A stretch of 32,913 nucleotides of DNA from Klebsormidium nitens. Its lineage: Eukaryota > Plantae > Klebsormidiophyceae. Each line of letters begins with the position of its first letter. Within the stretch, counting starts at the first letter, position 1. Positions 1-11,200 of this stretch are shown piece after piece. The position numbers and the translations under genes are program-made. The notes below the pieces were generated by a model, which worked only from the letters and a program-made list of their open reading frames with translations, made no database searches and was not told the DNA's origin. The stretch spans positions 1 through 32,913 of the forward strand of contig DF237733.1 of NCBI GenBank assembly GCA_000708835.1, in the 5' to 3' direction.

Positions 1-97
1 ACTTCTTGAAGGCCCGGTACATTTCGGGCAAGAAACCGACGGTACCAAGACCGAAAAAGTGTTGGGTATGGCCGGCCTGCCCAGGGGGGTATGACAT
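1..97 (-). CDS. Possible start (or internal exon) of a gene running off the left edge; product unknown
   Basis: The minus strand reads CTCACAG|GCCGCC-ATG (acceptor-like AG plus Kozak-like context), then an open frame MSYPPGQAGHTQHFFGLGTVGFLPEMYRAFKK to the window edge with mostly C/G-ending codons. No family recognised, and only 32 codons are visible. Confidence 0.4.
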   Translation of the reverse strand, partial: MSYPPGQAGHTQHFFGLGTVGFLPEMYRAFKK

Positions 98-662
98 GGC
101 GGCCTGTGAGTGGCCCAAACTTTGTGCCACACACCCCTTGGCTTGCTGAGCACACTGGGCGCTGTGAGAACCTCAGCATGCTGCACAGCAGGCAGGTGCC
201 TTTATTGCAGCTAACTTATGCCAATACCCTGAAGCATCACTACAAGCTTGTCCTGGAGCTTGCAGTCCATGCATGCATAATGTGCTGCCAGTGCAAGAAC
301 CACGAAAATCACATCTAGTCCTTCTCCTGGTTGCATTGCAATCAATCAATCCGCTCCAACGCGGTGTGCCAGTCCGCAGACTCCTGATGATGAGCTGCGT
401 GTGGCCAGATTATTCATCAAAAAAAAAAAAAATGGTTGCATTGCAATTTTGGTAACTACAACTGAGTTGGACGAGCGGTTAGAAGCATGAGGTCACCAGC
501 AGTTGCTAGTTATTGCAATATTGAGGAATTGCACAACAGACGTATTCAATTGGACTGAGCTCCGTTCTTGCACAGTTTTTCTAAAACAACTATCATTTAG
601 CTTTAATCACTTTGAATTCACTTCTTACTACGGTTCCTCACGCCGAGTCTACTAAGCTGATC

Positions 663-3600
663 ATGGCGCCAAGAAAATTCTGTTACGTGGTTCTAATGGC
701 AATGATCTGGGTGCATTCTCTGGATGAAGTTACTGCAGTAGGAGGTGAGTGCATTTTCGCACGAAATGTTTTGTCACATACTGCGTTGAATCAAGGATAC
801 ATTCCTTTTGATAAAGTCAGTCCTCTGGGGCAGCATTGCTTTGGACTAGCTTTGAGAGCTTGTTGTGCGGGAATCAATGTGCACAGCATTGTGATAGACC
901 GGGGGGGTTTTGCCCCCTGAACAAGTGCTTCTCTTTTGGGCCTTGAATGCAATCTGAACTACCTCAACAAGAAACCAACCGAAGTTGCTGAAAGTCTCGT
1001 TGTGACCCCATACCGTCCGCTTCAAGAACTCTCATGAAGTTAACAACCCCTGACCTCATACATCAATCGACTCCGTCAGAACGCGACCTTATGATCTTGG
1101 GTATGTGTCGAGCGTGAACTCCGCCACTTTATGTAGAGTCAAAAATCGTGTTCACTAGAATCGCAGCTTTTGACGTGACAATATTCAGACTGTTGAAGCC
1201 AATGTTGCTGAAAGTCCAACGGTAGTGTGTCTCTAAGCTGCATCGCCATGGTAAGCAGCATCTATTCCTCCTGTTCGGTTTTGGCTGTGCAGAGAGTAGC
1301 TGGTCTTTGTCACAGAAAGACTTTCTCTGACGCTGACAGCACTGAAAACTTGCATTGCCCCTTTTCCCCAATGTTTGAAGACTTAAAAGAAACATGCGTA
1401 CGCTCTTGCTTAACCACTTGGCTGAACACACAATGTTTTCACTGAGGGCAACCAAGCCGCTTAAACACACCATCAAGCATCAACTACCCACCTCGAATTC
1501 TCTTATTCCAGAATCCCAAATACTGGCTCCACACCCAAGCTAAAAGTGCACTGTGCACGCACTTTCTCGCTCAACTAAGAGTGCGCTTCTTCCCCTGATT
1601 GATGCAGCCAGGTCGCTGCTACAAGGCCCTGCTCCCGCACCCGTCGCTCCCACAGGAGCTGCCGCAAGCCCTACAAACCTTACGCCCATGGCCGCACAAG
1701 GCCCTGCTGGGAGCGTCAACGCTACCGCCCTCCTAAATCTGCCTCAAGTCTGCCTGTTTCAGCAAGGGTTCGTGTACAACAAGACGGGATCCGGGGCCTC
1801 CAAGTTGGGGACGTGCGTTTTTGAAGTGTGGGATCTGGAGTTCTTGGAGATCCTCCCTACCAACCCGGTCATAACGGTACGAGAGCTAGCGGCTGGACTT
1901 CTTTATGGAAGCAAGCCTGGGCTATGTTTGGTTCAGAGCGAGACAGATCATGATGGTTCAAGAGTGTGGCGGGCTCTGATAATGGCGGGCAGCATGGGTG
2001 CCTCATGCTTGCATGAAATGAACGCTGTGCCCTTTTTGGTTCGGGGCAATCGACGAGTTTCGATCCGGTTGTGAAAACGCAATTTCTGAACACACAATGC
2101 TGTTCCTGATCACCTTGCCTGCGCGTGTGCAGCTGAGCATGTGCAGATCCTCCACTCTTTGAGAAGTTACTCCACTTGCTGCTTGTATCTAGTTCTGCTT
2201 ATCTATACCCTTGACTAGATCCCTGTTTTGGGCGACCATATTGTCAGAGCGCTGTCGAAAGTCCTGAAAAACTGTGTGGCCCTGGATCCCAGAAGCTCTA
2301 ATCGCAAGTCTTGGGCCTTTTAAGCTTGGAACCTAAGAAACCGAACTCTAACAAGCTCAGACCAGACACTTATAATCCACTACCAACGTAGCAAGTTCAA
2401 AGGCATCGTCCTTCTTACAGGAATTGGCAACTGCCCCCGCACACGAGGCCGGCGTATACTCCCCCTCCGATAACAGCGTCTTTGTGACGAGCACACTCAA
2501 CAAAACCACTGGCAATTCCATGCTGATGAAGGTGGACCTGTCGACCGGAGCGGTGAGCTTTCTCTAGTCTTATTCCAAATCGGAAGTTGGTATTGTCCTC
2601 TATTGAGGGCCTGCCTTTCCCTCCAGCGCTTCCGTGCATGTCGGTGCTTTCTCTCGTTTTCCCACTTCGGTCTCTCCACCTTCGCTGCAAAAAGTCCGTC
2701 TCTCACGGCGAGGAGAGAGTCGAACAAGCCCGTATCATTTGGAGATCTTATCCGGCGCCAAATCATCGTTTACGTTTTCCTTGCACTTTGGCGCAGTCTT
2801 GAGGTAATGCAAATTCGAGCGACGCTGGATGCGAGTGCAGCCGAACGAAAACCTTCGCAGTACGCCTGCCACTCGTGCATGCAGACCGCCTTGAAAAGTC
2901 GAAACCCCTCTTCATTCAAACCCTCTTTGACACGAATGTTTGTCGAAACAAGCTAGGGGAATTCAGAAGCCGGTTGGGAGGTCCAGATATTCAGGTTCTG
3001 TGCACATTTCACAACGTTGCCAAACGTCGGAGAGTCATGCTGATCGCGGGAATGCATACTGGGTCCGACCGAATTGCCAGTTCACAGCATCGCAGCCAAA
3101 TTTTCAAGGCCTCCTCTGGACAACTTGTCGCCCTGCTCAATGCGTTTGAGCTCATCACCAACTCCCAAATGCGTCCTGCCAATCAAAGCCCAGTTCTGCT
3201 GACCTGACGTTTCGGAACTAAGACCGCGGGCTCAGCCATCCCAGCAAGTTTGGCCTCGCACGTTCTGCAAGCAATGCTTCATCTGCCAAGCCGAACGAAA
3301 GATGATTGTTTCCCAAACTTCTGATACGAAACTCGCGTGCATATAATTCACCCCAAAGCTCGACGTTCCCCAGGAAAGTAGACGTTGTCGACCGGTTGTG
3401 CCGCCTAAACCCTTCCCAAACCCCGCAGGTGATCTTCCTCTCAACAGGACCAATGTCCAAACCTCTTCCTCAACATGCAGGTAACCTACGTCCTCAACCA
3501 GACTGCGGGCGCCAATGGCGCGATTCTCGCCTCCGACGGCGCCCTGATCCTCTGTATGCAAGGCAGTACAGCAATCCCCGGGCACCTTCTTCGGTTGAAT

Positions 3601-6600
3601 CTTTCTACCGGGCAGCAAACGGTGATTGCGGACAACTGGTTTGGATTAGAGTTCAACAGCCCAAATGACGTCGTGGAAGGCCCCGACGGCAGCTTTTACT
3701 TCACCGACCCTTCGTATGGCTAGTGAGTGCGGCTGGAATCTGTCTTACATCAGGTTCCGGCATTGTTGCGGATTTTGGGTACAGTTTGAGCGGAATCCTT
3801 GGTTATTATCAGGCTTTTCCATTTCGGCGTTCGGTGAAGTTTGGGTCTAATGAAGTCAGGCTTGTACTTTACCAATCGTCAGGCTAGTAGAGGTTGGCCA
3901 GGTATAGCTTCGTTTGGCTTCGCTTGTGCTCCGGCTGAGCTTCAATCTTTCGTATTGAGTACGCCTATAGCGGTTCTTGTGGTGACAGACTAGGTTTCTG
4001 CTTAGCTTTGTGCTAAATCTGGATCCGCTGCGGGTAAGTCTGGTCCGTTTGTGGTCAAGCTTCGTCAGCTAGCTACGCTTTGGTTGATTCTTGGCTCGAC
4101 TTTCATTTGGTTTTGTTTTCGAGGCTTTCGAAGTATTTTTTGGATTTTCGTCCGTGCTGGAACGTGTGTCCCCCCTAAGGTGAGCAAACCTGTCTCATAC
4201 AATATCCGGAATCCAGCCGGATCAGGAGAACTGTTCCCCAACTGGCCCGCCGTTCCGAATGTTAAGTAACATTGCGTTCCCGCCCTACCGATTCCATCTG
4301 CTTCGGAGCCTGAAGCGCCCTCACATCCAAACGCTCTTCCAGCGGGCAACGTTTTAAGAGATCCCCTCGAAGGTTTCATTCCATATGTCCCCTTTAAAAC
4401 CCAAAACGCCCTCGCAACTGATAGCGCGTTCGTCCCTTCCAGCGAGCAAGGTTTCAAGAACCCCCCCAGACGTTTCAATCGTTTCACAAAAAGGGAAACC
4501 CCGAAGCAGTTCTACATCCAAATGCTTTTGGCTCTGCTAGCGAGCAAGGCTTCAAGAAACCCCCCCAATCGTGTCGCTCCTTACTCATCCTTCCAAGCCC
4601 GAAGCGCCCTAAAATTGCAGCGCTCAACCGTCTCTTCCAGCGAGGAAGGTTTCAAGAACCCCCCCCAGACGTTTCAATCCTTTCACAAAAAAGGAAACCC
4701 CGAAGCGGTTCTACATCCGCACCCTTTTGTCTCTCGCGAGCAAGGTTTTAAGAACCCCCCTCAGACAAATCTCCCCAATCGTGTCGCTCCTTATTTATCC
4801 TTCCAAGCCCGAAGCGCCCTAAAATTGCAGCGTTCATTCGTCTCTTCCAGCGAGCAAGGTTTCAAGAACCCCCCCCAGACGTTCCAGTCCGTGTACCGGG
4901 TGCTTCCGTCCGGCCGGGTCGATGCCGTGGCGGAAGGCCTTTTGAAGCCCAACGGAATTGCCTTTTCGCCCGACTACGCGCAGTTGGCCGTAACGGATAC
5001 CGGATACGCGAGCGGGTGAGGCAATGAAATCGTTTGCCGTTAACCAGACCTCAACCAGGATACAGGCAGGGTCCTAAGTCTGCCAATTATAAGAGGATCA
5101 GCCCTGGTCAAGTCCGCACACCTCCTGTGAATTGTGACCGGTCGAAAAAGCAGAAGTTTGAAAGTCAGTTTGCCCCGATGTTGATGTTTTTTGTGGCGAA
5201 CGATCTTCGAACGGCTCTATGCGCCCATGAGAAAGGTAAGGTGAGCTGGTTTTTAACAGTGTGTTGGCCTTCAGATGCTGACGTCGTTTTTCGCTGACGG
5301 GCTTTGTTCTTTCGGGTCTTTTGTCTTTCGTTGTCACGCTGTTTTTGGTGATGAGGCAGACATGGCGTGGGCAGCGTTGGCATCTGCAAGCTGTAGTCCT
5401 GGAAAGATAGGAGGTTTCTATCGTTTGAGCTTTACGTCGTCATTGACGATCACCTGTGCTGGAGTGTCTTTTAGTCTGGGTCAATTCAGAAACAACAATT
5501 TTCAGTATATCTAGCGGTGGCAACGCGGTGACTCCTTTTTATTTTCAAGGCAGTAGTAGATCAGATTGCGCATAGGTAATTTCGGAAGAAGGTGCAACAC
5601 GCTCTCCCTTCATCTCAGCATCTTCATTTCCTGGAGCAATCTTGAGAAAGTCCGTCCTTTGAATACGATACGAGCATACTCAAGCAACCGATCTTTTTTC
5701 CTTTGCAGTTTCGGGACGAATAACGTCACACGGCCGCATTCAGTGTACGTGTATGACGTCACCCCCGGCGGGCGCCTAACTAACAAGCAATTCTTCGTTT
5801 CCACCGCCTCGTATGATGCCCCCTACCGGCCCGTCATTCCGGACGGCATCAAGGTCGATTCCGCTAACAGAGTATACTTGGGGACCGCGGACGGCGTCCA
5901 AGGTGCGGAATAGCGTATACATGCCTTAAATATTACCCGAAGAGTGTCCGTATGTTCCAGAGTTGCGTCCGAATTTTCTGGGGAGCGTCCATTGGTTTTT
6001 AGAATTCGAACGTTCCTGAAGGAACGTCCGAATGGCTATCAACGTTTGAATGTGTTGAGGAGCGTTTCAAATGCTTTGGAAAATGCGTCCAAATGAAATC
6101 ACCGCCATTCTACGTCTCGAACTCTGGCTCCCTGCCCTACGCTTTTGCCTCCCGAATCCTCTGAGGGGATTCTCAAAGGCACTGATTTTTTGCGACGCTG
6201 AAGCCATGTCACACGTTTCTGCGCCCCCTGATTGACACAGTATGGCTGAACTTCGGCGGCACGTTTGCTATGAGGTTCAAAGCTTCTGACCATATTGTCT
6301 CTAAGCACGCTTTGCAAAAACTGACGGCGCAAACGGGTGAATGTCCTCCTGTCCGCTGATAACCCAAGAACTCCGTTAGCTGTTCTGGACGGAATGCGCT
6401 CTTCGCGCCTCAAACTTCAAATGGTCGCTCGCCGCTCGTTCCTCGTATGTCGTAATACTTTCTTTGACTGGTTCCTCTTTGGGCGTGCAGTTTTCGACCG
6501 GGACGGGAGCCCCCTCGGCTTGATACGCTATCCGAACGTCGCCAACTTCGCTCTGGCGGGTCCGGCGCTCAACACACTCGTCCTCTTCAACGATACCAAC

Positions 6601-6681
6601 ATCGCGACCGTCCAATTGGCGAGCAGCGTCGTGTCCGCAGGGCAGCCGTACGCGAAGCGGGTTCTCAACATCAGGCCATAA
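663..6681 (+). CDS. Secreted SMP-30/gluconolactonase/LRE-family (lactonohydrolase-like) six-bladed beta-propeller enzyme, 424 aa, 7 exons
   Basis: Model join(663..744,1608..1876,2421..2552,3481..3722,4851..5015,5709..5902,6491..6681) = 1275 nt. All introns are GT-AG and phases match. Exon 1 encodes a hydrophobic signal-like peptide (MAPRKFCYVVLMAMIWVHSLDEVTAVG). Family motifs: AHEAGVY, WFGLEFNSPNDVV, FYFTDPSYGYEQGF, KPNGIAFSPD, IPDGIKVD. The E, N, N and D residues expected as metal ligands in this family are present. Confidence 0.9.
3407..3504 (+). repeat. Degenerate ~52-bp tandem duplication spanning the acceptor of gluconolactonase exon 4
   Basis: Copy AAACCCTTCCCAAACCCCGCAG|GTGATCTTCCTCTCAACAGGAC (AG at 3427-3428) versus the real junction AAACCTCTTCCTCAACATGCAG|GTAACCTACGTCCTCAACCAGAC (AG at 3479-3480), aligned by eye. 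Confidence 0.55.
4310..4887 (+). repeat. Tandem array of six ~100-bp monomers (A/B dimer higher-order structure), each an intron tail + acceptor + start of exon 5
   Basis: The core (CTTCC)AG|CGAGCAAGGTTTCAAGAACCCCCCC recurs with its AG at 4341-42, 4441-42, 4539-40, 4639-40, 4735-36 (mutated to CG) and 4849-50 (functional). 4568-4673 is nearly identical to 4778-4883. Confidence 0.9.
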
Positions 6682-8241
6682 GCGATCACATATGCGCCAT
6701 AAGCGATGCGGAGGTGTGGCGTATGTAGTGTGTTGAAGTGTGGCATTGATTTGAAGCTGTAACATATGCAGAGGAGTTTGTTGCTTTTCAGTAGGAAGGA
6801 GTCCAGGGCATTGTAACTCCAGGCATGGGAAAAGTGTATTGTACAGTGCGGTGGGGATCAATCGGAATGTCTTTGAAGCCTGCCTTGAACCTCCAATATC
6901 CAAGAAACCAGTCAACTGCAAGATCTAGGGTGGTTAGCGACCGATTCAGAGGCCGGCAACATTCAGCTGGCAGGCGTAATGAATATCAAAACAAAATGTA
7001 CAGTAAGTGAATGCACGTGGTACTACCAAGTTGAGTTCGTTCCGGGTTGTATAAACTTAGTAGCGCACACGAGACTGCGGACAACTGCGAATAGAACTGC
7101 CAGATTAGTGGATCTGTGCGCTCCGACTGGCAAGGCCCGTTGAGGTAGTCGTTCTTGATTGGATGTGCTAGAGCTAGAGCAGGAGATTTGCGTGCAAGTA
7201 TTGGCAGCCCGCGGCCCGCGTATTTTGGAATTGGTCAGCAAGCGCGCTGACGAAAGACTCCCTGCTAACGGATTGACTAGATGCCTCCCACAGCTGTACG
7301 ACCGACAATCGGCTCACAGCCTTAACTAGGGAGTTGTCAAATTGCTAGTACCTTCGTCTGCATGGGCGGCAGGGACCGAGCATCATTATGATCGGACTAC
7401 AAACGAGAAGAACGGGATCCTTGGCTAGAGAAATGTGATTGCTATACTGCAAATTGAGTTGGCCGCGGTAAGTGTTGCGGAGTTGCACAGCATTATATGA
7501 TGGTGCATACTACGCGTACTACATGTATATCGTCTGTCGATGTCGACCAGTCACCATCCATTCAACATGTCGAACAAGAAGTGTAAACACCCGGGCCGCC
7601 ATATCCATGTATGTAGAACTGTGGGCAAAAGGTAGACGACGTAAGCACGCTACGTGGCCCGCCATGAGTGTCTACACAAAATAGTTGACGTGCACAAAGC
7701 ATGCCAGCTGCACGTGTACGCGTGTTGAATGGACTACGTGATTATCGTGTTCAAGCTGCACGCGTCCTGATGAATGCGCTGTACATATTGCGTTGATTGC
7801 CGTTAACGTACGTACTGCAGCACGGTTCTCGTTACTATAAAGTCCCGTGATCATACCTGACAATTAGGCACAGTAAGCACGCAGCGACTCAATTCAAATG
7901 CACAAAGCTGGAGGCCGTATTCACCATTGCGCAGGTCCATATTAGTCCACGTTAAGATTGCAAGTCATTGAGCAGACCGGCTGCACGACGCCGGAGTTTT
8001 ATTCGGAATAAACGGTAACCTGGTTGCAACGGCCAACCCTTATGTAATACGAACTACATCATTGTCACTTCAACAGAGTCTCAAGTCGGACTTGCGCACC
8101 CATCCTGGCCGCTGCTCTTGATTATGCATCTTCGATCATGGCCCAAAGAGCTGAAGCACAATGCACAAAAGAAAACGACGACTTTGTTTTCACATAGGTA
8201 AGGCGTACGTGAACAGATGCATCATATTACAAGTGCATAAG

Positions 8242-11200
8242 CTATCGCTTGGGCGATGAGTTCCCCCCGTGCCCCAACCGGCTGTTGACGCGCGAGTTGC
8301 TCGTGCGTGCCAAGCTGGCCGTCGGCCCCTTGCTCCGGCGCACCGGTATGTCGCTCGGGTTATAAAACGCCGACTGGAGGTTCTCTTCCAGCTCGCGCAG
8401 CTTCCCGGCGAGGTGCGCGTGCGTGACCGGGGGAACGGACGGGTCGTCGGGCGCGGCCGCGGCCGCGGCGTCGACCGTCAGCCGACGACCTGAAGGGTTG
8501 GCGCCAAGTTTTGGCCTTAATGTTTGCGAGCCCTTTTCGTCAAGTTGCGGAACGAGGCCACAAGTTTGTTGAGGGACGCGTAGCAGAGATAAATGACGTG
8601 CAGTTTTTGGTGGGCTTCTGACGGCCGCGAATCATTGCATCCGCGAATTTTGGCGGCCGTCTTTTTCAAGGAGGTTTTTCGCATCCAAATGAGCCTCTGA
8701 TACATGTGGCAGTTGGAACAGGCCTGAGAGTACCGGATTGATGCACAATTTCTTCTTAGTAGCGTTGCGAAAAGCGTCAGCAACAATGGACTATTATGAT
8801 TATACGATACTCGTACTTGCATCTCGATCAATGCATCCATCCCGAGGAATTTAGGCCCTAGTTCATCCCGAGGCACACATGGTCCGTTGGCATTCCTTGT
8901 TCTTGCTACACCTTTCCGAGCTGTTCTTCCCCCCTGACTATCTCAATCCGGTGACTGGATAACGGACAAGCATCTTGGTTGGTCGCCCGAGCGCGCAAGG
9001 CTCCACTCCCAATCGACACTCAGGAACTTAAGAGAATGAAATACGCTAAGAGTTCGGAACAGATCTCACAGCGGAACTGACAATCATAGTTACGGGAATC
9101 ACGTACCTGCTTTCTTCGCAACACCGGCCTCCCTCGTTAGCCCCGGCCCCCACTGCTCCTTTCCGCGTAGCGATCTGGGCACGGTCAGGGGGTGCGCGCG
9201 CGCGTACGCGCTGCTGAAGCTGTCACGCGCGGCCGCCTCCTCAATCTGCTGCACGTTGGGCGTGTGGCCCTCCTCGAGAGCCGCCACTTGCTCCTGTAAG
9301 CGGGGTTTTAAGTTTTAATACTCTGGCTGGTATTCTGGCCAACGGGGGCGCGCGCGCGGCCGCCGTCTTCTAGTGCGACACCTCGTGTGGCCCTCCTTTA
9401 GCGCGGCTACTTGCGCCTGTAAGCGGGAGTTTGGGGGTTTTAAGAATGCATTTTGATACCCGGTCAGCGGGAAACATGTCGCTGACGAGCAGGCGGGCGA
9501 GGCCGCCGCCTTTTGAGTGCCACCCCTTGGGCGAATGTACCGAATCTCGAGCGCGGCAGCTTCCTTGGGTTAGGGGTTTAGGGTTTCCACTATTGGAAAT
9601 CAGGCATGAAAGTTTCGGAACAAGGGTACGTCTCTGCTTCAGAGCTTTGCCAGGTCCACTATGATTCTGAACTATGTGCGCAGAAAGACATGCAGTTGAA
9701 CGACAATCGCCCCAACGCACCTCGATAACGAACAGAGTGTCGGAGCGCTTGCGGCCTTCCTCCGGCTGCGCCGAAGCCGGCGCCGCGGCCGCCTTGCGCG
9801 ATGGCGCGAGCCACGCGCGCAAGCACTTGTCCTGAGAAGCGGAAAGGTAGATGCCGCGCTCGTCGACGTGCGCGAGTGCGCGCACAACGTCCTTGCAACC
9901 TGCGCCCGCACAAAGAGGAAATAGGGGCTTTGAGGGAATTTTTCATATCAGCTTCACATGACTATTTGCATGCTGCCAATGACCTCAAGCCATTTGAGCT
10001 TTGAGGAACGAGACTCCACAAGCGTCTGAAACACGTCTTTTAAGAAGCTTCCGACATGATCCCCGGGGTGCTTTCCTTACAAGCCCTCATTTTCGGGAAA
10101 TAAAAGCGACGAAGGACTCTTGATTTAAAAGTACAGGCTGTGAAGGACCTTTTTGCTCCTTGACAATCGCATTAGCAAGTTGCTGCCGACAGAAAGAAAC
10201 AAAAAGGTTGCCCAAAATCAGAAAGAGGGGGGCGGGGGGGAACCAATGAATAAGGGGCACAGTAGAAGTTCATAGCTTCCCTTTGGCAGCTCTTCTCTTC
10301 AAAAGTTGGCAGCACCTTACAGTGTCAAAAGCAAGGGCAGATTCAGGAAGCCTTCAAGAAGCGGACAAGAAGGTGAAAGGGAGGTTTTCACCTTACTCAA
10401 GCAGGAGCAAATCTCCAATGAGCGTCAGACGGCTCACCCGTGTACGGCTTATGCACGTCATTGAGATCCATGTCGTAGCAGTTGATCGCCTTCCCAAACG
10501 TCGCCGCCAGAATGACGCCGGTGTGCTCGTCCACCAACATGGCTGTGATCGGCTCCCCTGAAATGCAACGATTTAGTGTCAGAATTCTTGCATGATGGGC
10601 CAGACTCTGGATCTAACACTGGAGCGGAATGTTAAAAGCGGAGTCTTGCAGCTGATGTAGCTCGTTACTGAGCCGTCAGCGTCCAGAAACCCGACGCGCT
10701 GGGATTCATTCGTAGGCTGTTCCGGCAAAAGCTTCAATTGTCAAAGAAAGCTTCCATCAAGGTACTCTAAGCGGAACCACGAAATAAATGTGCTTCGTTC
10801 GTTTCGACAGGCTTCGGACGGCGGCTTTCCGCCCTTCTGCCGTTTACGGCGGATCTAGAGGATTCTCTCCTCAAAGAGTCTGAATCTAAAGTCACTTGAC
10901 CCTTCCGCGGGTTTCCCGTTTGTAAGAAAGTGTTTTTCAGTTCCAACACCAGATATTAACACTGTTTTGTTATGAACGGCCTTCTTCTCTCTGACTTCCA
11001 TCATACATTTCTTGAAACTTACGGCCTTCTTCTCTCTGACTTCCATCATACATTTCTTGAAACTTGAAATTTCGGTGTGCTACAAAACGTGGCGCCCACA
11101 AAGCATCTCAAGGCGCTAAAGTTGAATGTACAGCCCGTCGATCTTCCTTTCTGCAGCTTTCCCCTCGCAATCCACACCGCCACTCGCTTGCCTTACCTTT

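Noticed and set aside
419-432. A14 run as a retroelement poly(A) tail
   Set aside because: No target-site duplication or retroelement ORF is evident; it is more simply a homopolymer in a promoter/UTR region.
1553-2074. ORF-track 173-aa ORF as a standalone gene
   Set aside because: Only 1608-1876 is exon 2 of the lactonase. The GTG start and the tail are intronic read-through.
4006-4269. Candidate micro-exons 4006-4033 (YFVLNLDPLR) and about 4180-4260 (..LFPNWPAVPN)
   Set aside because: Not needed. The acceptor at 4850 alone fixes the phase and restores the family-like YEQGF..PPQ..VYR loop. Minor use cannot be excluded.
4310-4887. CRISPR-like array
   Set aside because: The repeats are degenerate, the intervening sequences are themselves repeated rather than unique, there are no cas genes, and the context is a eukaryotic intron.
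7023-7863. Short ORFs in the convergent intergenic region
   Set aside because: No recognisable motifs, no GC3 bias like the real exons, and no consistent splice chain.
9570-9586. TAGGGGTTTAGGGTTT as an interstitial telomere
   Set aside because: Only about 2 units, and it aligns with the GGGGTTTTAAG intron tail of the echo unit.
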